64,000 nt of DNA from a virus (Duplodnaviria; Caudoviricetes), in the IMG/VR virus record IMGVR_UViG_3300023174_000047, positions 1 to 64,000 of that record. One strand, written 5' to 3'. Below the pieces are notes generated by a model. It did not search any database and was not told the DNA's origin. It saw nothing but the letters and a program-made list of their open reading frames with translations. This document shows positions 8,562 to 17,748 of the stretch, one piece after another (position 1 is the first letter of the stretch; every line of letters begins with the position of its first letter). Both the position numbers and the translations under genes were made by a program.

Positions 8562-8672
8562 ATGAAATCAATTCTATTCTTCATACTTGCAGCCCTATTG
8601 ATGGTTGGTTCCTATGCCTGCTGCAAAGTTGTACCCTTGATACCTTCTGATGCCATCATGTATGCACAATAG
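8562..8672 (+). CDS. small hydrophobic peptide (36 aa; not in ORF track)
   Basis: MKSILFFILAALLMVGSYACCKVVPLIPSDAIMYAQ. Confidence 0.45.
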   Translation: MKSILFFILAALLMVGSYACCKVVPLIPSDAIMYAQ

Positions 8673-8714
8673 CATGTGCAGCTCACCAATTCTGGAACCA
8701 ACATTACTTTCACA

Positions 8715-9296
8715 ATGAACATCAACAAACAAATAGAACAAGCAGAGATTGCCCTTGACATCCTCAAAGGCCGCAGCACCAACAACGAGCCCAAGTGGGA
8801 ATTTTATTCCAATGGAAAATGGACTGATCCTCTCCCAACTACGAATCCACTCATTGCTGCCCAAACGTTTCACATCAGGTTGAAGCCTGAAGCAGATGCA
8901 TTTGTTGTTCCTGAAGGTTTCACACCATGGAACGGCGGTGAATCACCTGTTGAATATGGTGCGGTTGTTGAGGTGATGCTTAGAAATGGTACACGGCACA
9001 TTGATGATTTTTTCTGGTGGGAACACACACTAGGTGAGGACGATGTTGTTGCATATCGAATCATTCCCACGGAACCTGTGAAACCTGTGCAAGAGCAGCC
9101 ACAATCGTGCATCAAGCTTGGTGATATGCTGCGTGACAATGTTACAAAGATGGAGTTCCTCATCACAGCAAGCACCTCCACGAGTGTACAAATCAGCAAC
9201 ATCTGGTTCCCTCGCAACAGACTTCATGAGCTATTTGATGTCTCACATGACCGCGGACTCACTTGGATGCCTGTAAATGAGCATAATCTCTCTTGA
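8715..9296 (+). CDS. hypothetical protein with a DUF551-like motif
   Basis: FTPWNGGESPV...VEVMLRNG...WWEH..GEDDVVAYRII. Confidence 0.7.
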   Translation: MNINKQIEQAEIALDILKGRSTNNEPKWEFYSNGKWTDPLPTTNPLIAAQTFHIRLKPEADAFVVPEGFTPWNGGESPVEYGAVVEVMLRNGTRHIDDFFWWEHTLGEDDVVAYRIIPTEPVKPVQEQPQSCIKLGDMLRDNVTKMEFLITASTSTSVQISNIWFPRNRLHELFDVSHDRGLTWMPVNEHNLS

Positions 9297-9304
9297 AATA
9301 CAAG

Positions 9305-9332
9305 TTGCACTTATTTAAAAAGCCTCTACTAT
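9305..9332 (+). promoter_or_regulatory. early promoter TTGCAC-N16-TACTAT
   Basis: GTTGCACTTATTTAAAAAGCCT identical to the copy at 9574; ATG 9339. Confidence 0.75.
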
Positions 9333-9338
9333 CAATGC

Positions 9339-9524
9339 ATGACCACCAAAGAGGCACTCGAAAGACTGGCAAAGGGAGCACGGTTCATCCAAGACAGCTA
9401 CGGTTGGCACATTGTCCGCAAACCAGACAAAAACGGCAATCATCACCATATGCCCATCAAGGCTAACGTGGCAAGAGCCTTGATGGCACATGGGCATGCT
9501 CCGGAACAGAAGTGGGGCAAGTAG
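9339..9524 (+). CDS. hypothetical protein (61 aa)
   Basis: Own promoter and terminator. Confidence 0.75.
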   Translation: MTTKEALERLAKGARFIQDSYGWHIVRKPDKNGNHHHMPIKANVARALMAHGHAPEQKWGK

Positions 9525-9540
9525 TCGTACCTCCAACACT

Positions 9541-9571
9541 AAAAGGCTGTACCTAAAAAATACAGCCTTTT
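9541..9571 (+). terminator. Rho-independent (bidirectional-type) terminator
   Basis: AAAAGGCTGTA-CCTAAAAAA-TACAGCCTTTT. Confidence 0.8.
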
Positions 9572-9574
9572 ATG

Positions 9575-9602
9575 TTGCACTTATTTAAAAAGCCTGTATT
9601 AT
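9575..9602 (+). promoter_or_regulatory. early promoter TTGCAC-N16-TATTAT
   Basis: Duplicate of the 9305 promoter; ATG 9611. Confidence 0.75.
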
Positions 9603-9610
9603 GGTGTTGT

Positions 9611-9748
9611 ATGCAAAACGAACTCGAAATCAAACTGAAACAAATCGTACAAGTTATCACCACCAACAATCACGATAATGTCGCCACTCAAATTCTTGAG
9701 GAAATGGCGGATTGGATTAAAGGTCTACTCATCAATTATTACGATTAA
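9611..9748 (+). CDS. small protein (45 aa; not in ORF track)
   Basis: MQNELEIKLKQIVQVITTNNHDNVATQILEEMADWIKGLLINYYD; own promoter and terminator. Confidence 0.7.
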   Translation: MQNELEIKLKQIVQVITTNNHDNVATQILEEMADWIKGLLINYYD

Positions 9749-9762
9749 ACAGGTTGGGGTTG

Positions 9763-9799
9763 GGGCGGAAGGAGTAACAATCCTTCCGCCCTCTCTTTT
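9763..9799 (+). terminator. Rho-independent terminator
   Basis: GGGCGGAAGGA-GTAACAA-TCCTTCCGCCC + TCTCTTTT. Confidence 0.85.
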
Positions 9800-9835
9800 A
9801 TTAATTAATCATTTGAAGCTCTTGCCTCTTGTATA

Positions 9836-10153
9836 ATGAACATGGAACCTGTTTTACATCTTGTGTGGGTGGTTGCAGTGTTGGTTGCCTTGATTGTGTA
9901 CAACAACAAATGCAATGCACATGTTATTAGGCATTGGAACACATGCATGTGCAGCTATGCATTCGCCATCTCAACGGTGTTATATCATGGGACACTCATG
10001 AGCATCTCATTGTTGCAACATGATCTGCATGTGGAGAATATAATGTCAATGCAAGATCATGAGCACGTGAGCTCAGCATCCTCCCTGCTTCAGCATGCAG
10101 CACAGCGGAAACAATTGATGCTCTACACCGCACCACATTTAAATTTCTGTTGA
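9836..10153 (+). CDS. hypothetical membrane protein
   Basis: N-terminal hydrophobic helix LVWVVAVLVALIVY. Confidence 0.5.
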   Translation: MNMEPVLHLVWVVAVLVALIVYNNKCNAHVIRHWNTCMCSYAFAISTVLYHGTLMSISLLQHDLHVENIMSMQDHEHVSSASSLLQHAAQRKQLMLYTAPHLNFC

Positions 10154-10177
10154 TTTTGCTATCCAAAATGGTATTAT

Positions 10178-10966
10178 ATGAATATGAAAAACAATCTTCC
10201 AAAACTTCCTGACGGTGAAATTGACTTATCTAAAGTCGATGTATCAAACGACTTTATCCATTTTCCTCCGCTATATCAGACACCCGAAGATATTGCGAAG
10301 TTTATTCAGGACAATAACTGTGATTTTCCTATCATTATGGAACTTCTAAACTGCCGCAAAAATAATAAACTCGATATTACACCAACAGAAGACAAATTTT
10401 ATTTTGATGAGCTATTCAGCTATGTTTATGATGTTTTTAGAATTCCTGTTCCCGAAACAACCGAACAAATGATTAGTTGGCTAGAATATATTTCTGATAG
10501 TTTATTGAAAACTGGTTTCAATCAGACTAAAAAGGATTCTTTTGAAAGTGCTGGACGTTCATTTGATATGATGAAACGGCAAGATGAATTTTTCAAAAAC
10601 TATGATGGAAAATTGAGTAAGAAGGCCCGCAAATCCGTTTTAGTTGACATTAATTACCACACGGAAATCCTGACAGATGATCCTGAATATTATAATGGAA
10701 ATCCTGAAAAAGTAGTTGAACAGTTTTGGATTAAATCGGATCGTCATAGACAGCCAGTAATTGTTGGTGGTGATGAAGCATATATGCGTGTTTGGGTATA
10801 TGATGATCATGTATATATTTTTGGGTGTGGTGATATGAGTTGGTCTTTTAATTCTTCCAAGCCAGAAGAACTTGCCGATTTTGTAAAATATTTGAAACAA
10901 GCGGCTCCAGTCTGGAACTTCTGTTTTCCAAAACTTATCAACAAAAAACTTGAATTTACAAATTAG
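10178..10966 (+). CDS. hypothetical protein (262 aa), compositionally foreign
   Basis: Long ORF; lacks the local TGCA excess. Confidence 0.85.
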   Translation: MNMKNNLPKLPDGEIDLSKVDVSNDFIHFPPLYQTPEDIAKFIQDNNCDFPIIMELLNCRKNNKLDITPTEDKFYFDELFSYVYDVFRIPVPETTEQMISWLEYISDSLLKTGFNQTKKDSFESAGRSFDMMKRQDEFFKNYDGKLSKKARKSVLVDINYHTEILTDDPEYYNGNPEKVVEQFWIKSDRHRQPVIVGGDEAYMRVWVYDDHVYIFGCGDMSWSFNSSKPEELADFVKYLKQAAPVWNFCFPKLINKKLEFTN

Positions 10967-11147
10967 GTTAAAAATCGACAAGTTGTATCATCAGGCATTA
11001 ATGTTAGTATGATATAATCAATGATGCATCATCATCGCCTGGTTCCATATGTAACAAAACAATTGGAACATAGTTGTGTATATCTGAGATGAGAGTGGTA
11101 CACCTGCAGTGTACTTAAGCTGTAGCTACACATACACTCAATTGTTT

Positions 11148-11462
11148 GGTTCCAAACATAGCTGCATTATGCACCATCTAATGATGCTTAATGCAGCTGC
11201 ATATAACATACTCCAAATGCATCATTAGAGTATGCACCATGCATCATCCATTCATTAGTGCATATGGAACCATAATGCATCAGGTGTATGTAGATGGATA
11301 CATATGGTTCCAATCATAGCTGCATTATGCATCACTAGATGAGGCTCAATGAGCTGTACACATAACATACTATATACTCTAATGATGCATTAGGCGTATG
11401 CATCATGCATCATTGATTGGATGGTACGCATGGAACCATAATGCATCAGGTGTATGTAGATG
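11148..11462. repeat. Two diverged ~160-bp direct repeats, each bounded by GGTTCC...GGAACC
   Basis: 31-nt identity GGAACCATAATGCATCAGGTGTATGTAGATG at 11266 and 11432. Confidence 0.85.
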
Positions 11463-11753
11463 AGTATAGGTATATGCATAATGATGTATGATGTAGTATG
11501 CATACGACTGGTTGATGTCTGGATTGAATTGCGGAACCATTTCTGTACTCATGGTAGGTAAAGAGCTCTAACCATACATTCTAGAATGTATGATGTTTCT
11601 AGAATGTATAGCTGTTTATTTGACAATTGCTGTTCCGCTCTCTCACTACAAAATACAATATAGTTGGTTCCTATATAAATCAATCGTGAAAAAACGGAAC
11701 CTAATAGTTTTTTGCTTGTCGGATGTAGGCCCGCATGCCAAATTTTTTTGCAT

Positions 11754-11921
11754 ATTTTTGACACTATTCCATATAAGGGCCACATGCCACATTTTTGACA
11801 CTATTCCATATAAGAGCCACACCCCGCATTTTTGACACTATTCCATATAAGGCTTACATCCCGCATATTTTTGACACTATTCCATATAAGAGCCACACCC
11901 CGCATTTTTGACATTATCCTA
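11754..11921. repeat. Iteron-like array: 24-bp core ATTTTTGACACTATTCCATATAAG x4 plus a degenerate fifth, 37-39 bp period
   Basis: Starts at 11754, 11791, 11828, 11867, 11904. Confidence 0.95.
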
Positions 11922-12018
11922 TACCAATCACAACTTCACCGCAATTCCACGTGATTCGGAAAATTTTTTTTTGCAAAATTTTTAAGATTTCTGTATAAGG
12001 CTCCCTTGGTGCATATTC

Positions 12019-12801
12019 TCATCTGAGTTTGTTGTATGCTTGCCTAGCATACTGCATATTAAATCTCAACTTTACTGATTTATCATCTGCCATCGCTATA
12101 AACTTTTCAAATGCAGGCCACTTACCACGCATTGTTGTGACATAAAAGTATATTGTTTCGCCAAATGATTTATCTAAAATGAACATTAAATCTGCCCCAT
12201 CAATGTATAACCCCTCGTCATGCAATGCTTCTGCAAAGTCTTCCAGCACAGCATTTAGAACATCATCTATTTCCGGTGATCTTTTGTTGTTGCAAAAAGT
12301 CTTGATGTATGCTTTCAATATTATTTGCATAGCATCAATAGAATCTCTGCATGCTACATCATCAGCAATGTTTACGAAATTGGGATCTATTTGTTTTTCT
12401 AGATAAGCAATGAGGTTATGTATAAATTCAAATGCTAGTGGTGCATTTTTTTCACCGAAAAATTTGCGTGCTATTATGTACTCTCTTAAAATGCCTGCAC
12501 TTGAATACACATAGGTGACTGTGCCATAATCATTGACATATTTGCGGGTGCTGATGAGCAAATTCTTGTGTTCTCTCAATGCAAATTTCCATGCTGTTTC
12601 AAGATTGGTTGATGATATGTGATTCAAGTCTAAAATACTCTCATCATCGCTGAAGAATTTTTCTAGCAATGATGTTCGGTATTCTACTATCCATTTGTCT
12701 TTTCCTGTTGCAGCATATAGTGCATCAATCAAGGCATCATCATACACTGACTCATTGAGGATTTGGGTCTGATATATTTTGGTAAGGTGATGTGAGATCA
12801 T
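12019..12801 (-). CDS. hypothetical protein, probable internal head protein
   Basis: Start MISHHLTKIYQTQILNE (leader ending in hydrophobic-x-E). Confidence 0.8.
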   Translation of the reverse strand: MISHHLTKIYQTQILNESVYDDALIDALYAATGKDKWIVEYRTSLLEKFFSDDESILDLNHISSTNLETAWKFALREHKNLLISTRKYVNDYGTVTYVYSSAGILREYIIARKFFGEKNAPLAFEFIHNLIAYLEKQIDPNFVNIADDVACRDSIDAMQIILKAYIKTFCNNKRSPEIDDVLNAVLEDFAEALHDEGLYIDGADLMFILDKSFGETIYFYVTTMRGKWPAFEKFIAMADDKSVKLRFNMQYARQAYNKLR

Positions 12802-12806
12802 AGTGT

Positions 12807-13985
12807 TTAGCTTTGAATATTTAGTGCAAGCAAACATTCAATGAGCTTGACGTTGGCTTCTTGGTCGCGTGCATGAACATTAGGCTGCAATGCAATTTTT
12901 GCAATTTTAATTTTATCTGCATCTGATATGATGTTCCATGCATCCACAGTTATTGTATTCATACACTTGAATAGCTCGTTGCGCAATGCACCATTCAGAA
13001 GCCCATATGTTTCTTTGAAAAATGGAATGGCTCTTTTGTTTTTGATGTACATTTCTTTTTGTACATTGGTTGCATCATTGAATGCACTTGCACTGCTGCT
13101 CAGCAATTTCAGCAAATGCACTGTGTCAATTTCTTCTGATGTGAATTTTCCTGCTGCAATTCCTTTGTAATTTTTTGCTCCAAACAAAGGAGCAAATTCC
13201 GGGAACATCTGAAGCATTCGTTGTTTGGTTATTTCTTCAGTGCCGTGCTGCTGTGCACCATTGTCAGCCCATGTCCATCTCATGTCGTTGTTTGCATCAT
13301 AATGAATCACAATGAGATGTTCAGGATTCACCCATTCGCCTACATTATTTTTTTCTGAAGAGACTAATGATCCGTTGAGTCTTTTTTTCAATTGTATAAA
13401 CCAGGTGCCTGTGGCAACATCTCCAGGCTTGGTGTAATCTCCAATTGATCCTTTGTAGGTGTAGAACGAGTTTCTCATGTCTTGCTTGGATATGCAAAAT
13501 GAATAACCTTTGCCCAATTCACATGCTTCTGCAGGAGTGTTTGCTTCATATGCAGCAATGTATTCATCTTCATAATCCGGCTTCAGGTGCTGCAAATGAA
13601 CTGCTGTACTTTGTTTTAATTTGCGTGCACCTGCACGAGCTCTCACCTGACTCTGAAATTCAGCAAATGTTTTGAAGGCATTTATTTGTGCATTGATTTG
13701 TCTGTGCTGGCGCAGGGTAGCAAACTCTCGATAAATTCGTCCAAGCTCATCAAGTGGCTGCTGTTCATTGTATTGAATCTCTAAATAAAATTTCGCCAAT
13801 TGCAGTGCATCTGACTTGGATGGTGTTGCGTCCATTGCAATGATGGCACGAGCAACTGGCTCTGATATGGATCGGGATTGCATCAATTGCTGCACAGTGA
13901 TGGCTTCTGTCAACACCGGGCATGCACCATATACATTGGCAATTTCATTGAGTGCAGCATTGGTGCTAAAAAATATGCTCTTCAT
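12807..13985 (-). CDS. hypothetical protein (392 aa), probable internal head protein; possible PcfJ-like domain
   Basis: Leader MKSIFFSTNAALNE; EACELGKGYSFCISK motif; TAAATA upstream. Confidence 0.75.
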   Translation of the reverse strand: MKSIFFSTNAALNEIANVYGACPVLTEAITVQQLMQSRSISEPVARAIIAMDATPSKSDALQLAKFYLEIQYNEQQPLDELGRIYREFATLRQHRQINAQINAFKTFAEFQSQVRARAGARKLKQSTAVHLQHLKPDYEDEYIAAYEANTPAEACELGKGYSFCISKQDMRNSFYTYKGSIGDYTKPGDVATGTWFIQLKKRLNGSLVSSEKNNVGEWVNPEHLIVIHYDANNDMRWTWADNGAQQHGTEEITKQRMLQMFPEFAPLFGAKNYKGIAAGKFTSEEIDTVHLLKLLSSSASAFNDATNVQKEMYIKNKRAIPFFKETYGLLNGALRNELFKCMNTITVDAWNIISDADKIKIAKIALQPNVHARDQEANVKLIECLLALNIQS

Positions 13986-14053
13986 TTTTTAAAATATAAT
14001 GTATTTATCAAAAATGCAAGTTATATGGCATTCATGAATTAAATAACATCATT

Positions 14054-14662
14054 ATGTTGCAATTTGAAGCCCATTTGCTTATGCAAGAAATGCGCCTGAG
14101 ACCAGGTGAAGAGACAAAAAATCTAGATGCTTTTATGCAGCAATTGCATCGAGCTTTTCCTGAATATTCAAATGCTCTTGATTCACTTAGACAAGTCATC
14201 ATTGAATCAAAATGCCCGCATGTGCTTTTTGAACCAATCAAAGCATATGGCATTTCCATGGCTGATAAATGCGTCATAAACGACAGAGTATTGCGCTTAT
14301 CATTTAGCTATGCTGCATATGTTATTTTGCATGAAATAGCTCATCAAATGCAGTACACCAAACATGGTGAAAATTTTGCTGAAGGCATTTTTTTGCATGA
14401 TCTTCCTGACGAGCAGTTGGCACGCATGCTGCGTAAAATAGAGCTGACAGCAGATCGATATGCCATTGCTAAATTGAAAAAAATTCTTCACGAATCAAAC
14501 ATTGATGCAGAAGAGGTTCCTACAAGTATCTACAAATACACACCAGATATAGATTTACTGTCTCACATCAAGAATGTTCGCAGGCAGGTCAAACAACACA
14601 ATTTCAAAACAATTGAGCAGGTCAATGAGTGGATTTACAATTCCATCAAAAGCGTGATATGA
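14054..14662 (+). CDS. putative zinc metallopeptidase (HExxH, ImmA/IrrE M78-like)
   Basis: YVILHEIAHQMQ ... ELTADRYA. Confidence 0.7.
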   Translation: MLQFEAHLLMQEMRLRPGEETKNLDAFMQQLHRAFPEYSNALDSLRQVIIESKCPHVLFEPIKAYGISMADKCVINDRVLRLSFSYAAYVILHEIAHQMQYTKHGENFAEGIFLHDLPDEQLARMLRKIELTADRYAIAKLKKILHESNIDAEEVPTSIYKYTPDIDLLSHIKNVRRQVKQHNFKTIEQVNEWIYNSIKSVI

Positions 14663-14809
14663 GCAAAATTAATTATTAATGTATACATCATAGCTGCATT
14701 TTCTTCTGCATCTGCTGGTTCACTATAAAAATGCTGAACGAAACGATTTACAACATTTTTTTGCCGGAAGACAGTCTTAGCAAGATTTAATGATATGTTT
14801 CATTGAAAG

Positions 14810-17248
14810 TTATATACAATTAGATAAACACATTTTTAGTAAAAAACTTTCAAAACTACACAAAATAAACTTTTCATTTTGCATTGTGTAATCTTTTATT
14901 TTATTAGGGTTAATAAGAATTTGCCCGCCCCTACTAGAAGCCTGTGGGTCAATTTCTTCCTTAACTTTTTTTATTTTTGTTATGTTGCCGTCGTCGTTAA
15001 ATATAAATCTAAACATACCTGCGCCCAACTTTTCTGCAGCTTCTCCAGAGATACCTTTTCTTCCACGTGATCTTGTCTGACCAACATAACTATTAAAATG
15101 AAGTATCGGCATAGGCGGATTAATTTCTAATGAATCACCTATTTTACTGTTTAAAATAAACGCAGTTAATGAGTTATTAATTTCTCTATCTGCTCTATCT
15201 GCTCTATCTGCTCTATCTGCTCTATCTGCTCTATCTACATTGCCGAGTGGTTCGTTTGTAGATTGATGAATATTACTTTGTATATTTGCATCACTATTTA
15301 TAGTGGCTTTTGTTGCATAAAGTATACCGCCCATGTTTTTTGTTTCAAATTTAAACATTCTGAGCGTCAAGTTGTGCTTAGAAATTTGCGATCGTATGCC
15401 ATCCATTGTGGCTGGCTTTTCAAATACAAAACTTTCTCCCTGCGCTGCGTTTTCTCCCTGCGCTACGGTTCGCAAAAAATTAGCAAATGAGCCGCTTCCT
15501 CTCTTTACATATTTTACTATGCACGCCTGATCTCTACAAACTGTGCTATCTTGCGCATAAAACACAAAATTAGAGGCGCTGAGGTCTGCCTTAATCATAG
15601 CTTGTCTTAACACCTGCACAGTTGGCAATTTATTACAGTATTCACTAAGGTCTATAATATTGTCGCCACTCAGCTTTTGCATTTCCTGTTTTATTACAGT
15701 CATGCGTTTTCTGACTGGTATAGACTCTTCTGTTTTTGTTGCTTTTGTTACCCAAACTATACCATCTTCTTTTTCTGTCTCGAGCTTAACTTGATAAGTC
15801 AAATCATTATGAGATAGTGTAGCTGATACAGTCGCTTTTTTACTTTTTGGCTTGAAAATATAAGTATCACCTGGCCTAGATTTTTTTAAAAAATCAGCAA
15901 ATGAGCCACTTCCTTTCTCTATATATTTTATAATGCAGTCTTGATTATCGCAAGGTGTTTTATTTTCTGTGTAAAACACAAAATCATGGGCACTTAATTT
16001 TGCTTTTTGTAAAAAATATCTAAATCGCGATATAACTGGCAACTCATCATCATAATAATCACTAAGATCTATATATTTATCATCTGTCAAATTTTTCATT
16101 TGAGTTTTTAACATTGTTTGTCTAGAAAGTAGGTCTGTTATGTATGTTTTTAATTTGCCTATTTTTTTATTTAAATATTCTGATATCTCATCATTATATT
16201 CTTTATTTTTTATTCTCTTGAGCATATAAGCTAATAACTCATTTAACTTATACTCTTGAATATTTTTGCCATAGTTTTTACTATCAATAGCTAAAAAGTC
16301 TATTAATCTAAATAAAGCAGCAAACATATCATTCACCATTCCTGTTGTAAGTTTATTTGTTGCATATTGTTTTTGTTCTTCCTTACTAATTATACCGCTG
16401 CCTTTTAAAAAAACAAATGATGCCATCGGCATATTTTTGCCTGTATATGATGTATATGCAATTTCATAATCGTTTAGTTTTTTGCTAAGTTCTTTATAAA
16501 ATTCAGCAATTTTTGAATATGAAAATAAAACACTCAAGGCAGCCCTTTTGAAATTGCTTTTGATTTGATCTTTATAATCTTTTCTTTCAATAAGCTTCTG
16601 ATCGTATAATGTATCAAAACTTTTCCATATTTTATTAGCTGTTTGTATTATTTCGTAATCAAATTCATCAGAATTTACTTCATCAAAACCATACAGCGCC
16701 CCGCCTTTATCTAAAGATTTTGCCTGTGCTTTGTCTGCATTTGCATCTACTTTTGTTGTACCTCTCTGTGAAACAACAATAACAAATGATTTTAAATTTT
16801 TCATTGCTGCTAGCTTTTCAGCAAATTCTGGAAGCTTAGTAATTGTTGCAACTCCATCAAAATCTATATGTGTTAAATTATCTATTTCTTTTGCTTTATC
16901 TATAATATCTGCTTGTGAAATTCTACTGGATAAATCTCCATATTTATCTTTCTCCGCGCCTGCTTTCTGCTTAAGACTCTCAGCTGCTTTTTCTTGATTG
17001 TCTACAATGTTTATGTTTTGCATTTTAAACCCTAATTCCAACCACTGTTCTACATGCCTTTCTAAACCACCGCTTTCACCTACCACACCCAAAACAGCCT
17101 CATTTGCACCGCGCTCTGGAAAAGCGCTTTTTATAAGTTTATTCTCCCATTCAATAACTTTTCTCTTTCTGTTGTGGTCAGTGGGTGTTACAGAAAAATC
17201 AGCCGCTTCTGCTAAAAGCTCTTTATAAACTTGCTCAAACGTAATCAT
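14810..17248 (-). CDS. 812-aa protein: N-terminal Rossmann/SAM-MTase-like domain, two internal ~100-aa repeats, (DRA)n tract
   Basis: VLGVVGESG / INIVDN / ISQADI / THIDFDG; repeated IDLS.Y...LP...FVFY....C..Q.CI.KY...GSGSFA.FL; leader MITFEQVYKELLAE. Confidence 0.75.
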   Translation of the reverse strand: MITFEQVYKELLAEAADFSVTPTDHNRKRKVIEWENKLIKSAFPERGANEAVLGVVGESGGLERHVEQWLELGFKMQNINIVDNQEKAAESLKQKAGAEKDKYGDLSSRISQADIIDKAKEIDNLTHIDFDGVATITKLPEFAEKLAAMKNLKSFVIVVSQRGTTKVDANADKAQAKSLDKGGALYGFDEVNSDEFDYEIIQTANKIWKSFDTLYDQKLIERKDYKDQIKSNFKRAALSVLFSYSKIAEFYKELSKKLNDYEIAYTSYTGKNMPMASFVFLKGSGIISKEEQKQYATNKLTTGMVNDMFAALFRLIDFLAIDSKNYGKNIQEYKLNELLAYMLKRIKNKEYNDEISEYLNKKIGKLKTYITDLLSRQTMLKTQMKNLTDDKYIDLSDYYDDELPVISRFRYFLQKAKLSAHDFVFYTENKTPCDNQDCIIKYIEKGSGSFADFLKKSRPGDTYIFKPKSKKATVSATLSHNDLTYQVKLETEKEDGIVWVTKATKTEESIPVRKRMTVIKQEMQKLSGDNIIDLSEYCNKLPTVQVLRQAMIKADLSASNFVFYAQDSTVCRDQACIVKYVKRGSGSFANFLRTVAQGENAAQGESFVFEKPATMDGIRSQISKHNLTLRMFKFETKNMGGILYATKATINSDANIQSNIHQSTNEPLGNVDRADRADRADRADRADREINNSLTAFILNSKIGDSLEINPPMPILHFNSYVGQTRSRGRKGISGEAAEKLGAGMFRFIFNDDGNITKIKKVKEEIDPQASSRGGQILINPNKIKDYTMQNEKFILCSFESFLLKMCLSNCI

Positions 17249-17294
17249 CTTACTATTTATAACAGGACATGAGAAGACAGCTGCAAATGTGAAA

Positions 17295-17645
17295 TTATTG
17301 CATGTTGATGATGAGCTCGCCTAACACTTCAATAAGACCCACTTTCTTTTGAAACTCAATTTGCTGCATCTTTACAGTGGAGTTGATGCTTGAATTTAAT
17401 TCTTTGGTGAGATCTTTGAGTTGTTTTTTTGCTGCATCAACATCAAATTTACCAGCAACAGCTTTTTTGTAATGCGGCAATTTAACATTGAAGTGATGAT
17501 ATGTAAGCATTGCAGCTCCACCTTTTTCTTTGGCGGCTTTAGCAATTTTCTCAGCACCCTGCAGTCTTTTGCCCGCAAACTCTTCAAAAGATGATGATGC
17601 TGACTGCTCATATAAAATAAAAATTTTTTCATTATCGTGCTGCAT
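17295..17645 (-). CDS. basic hypothetical protein, probable internal head protein
   Basis: Leader MQHDNEKIFILYE; TAAATA upstream. Confidence 0.75.
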   Translation of the reverse strand: MQHDNEKIFILYEQSASSSFEEFAGKRLQGAEKIAKAAKEKGGAAMLTYHHFNVKLPHYKKAVAGKFDVDAAKKQLKDLTKELNSSINSTVKMQQIEFQKKVGLIEVLGELIINMQ

Positions 17646-17748
17646 ATATTCTATTTAATTACTTTTAGTTGATTTATATATTTTTGCATGCATTATATAA
17701 ATATAAAAGCTGAACAAACAGCATAGTTGATCTTTGATATTTAAAATT

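Noticed and set aside
11754-11921. CRISPR array
   Set aside because: The intervening segments are only 13-15 nt and near-identical to each other (AGCCACACCCCGC twice); no cas genes; fits iterons or a tandem repeat
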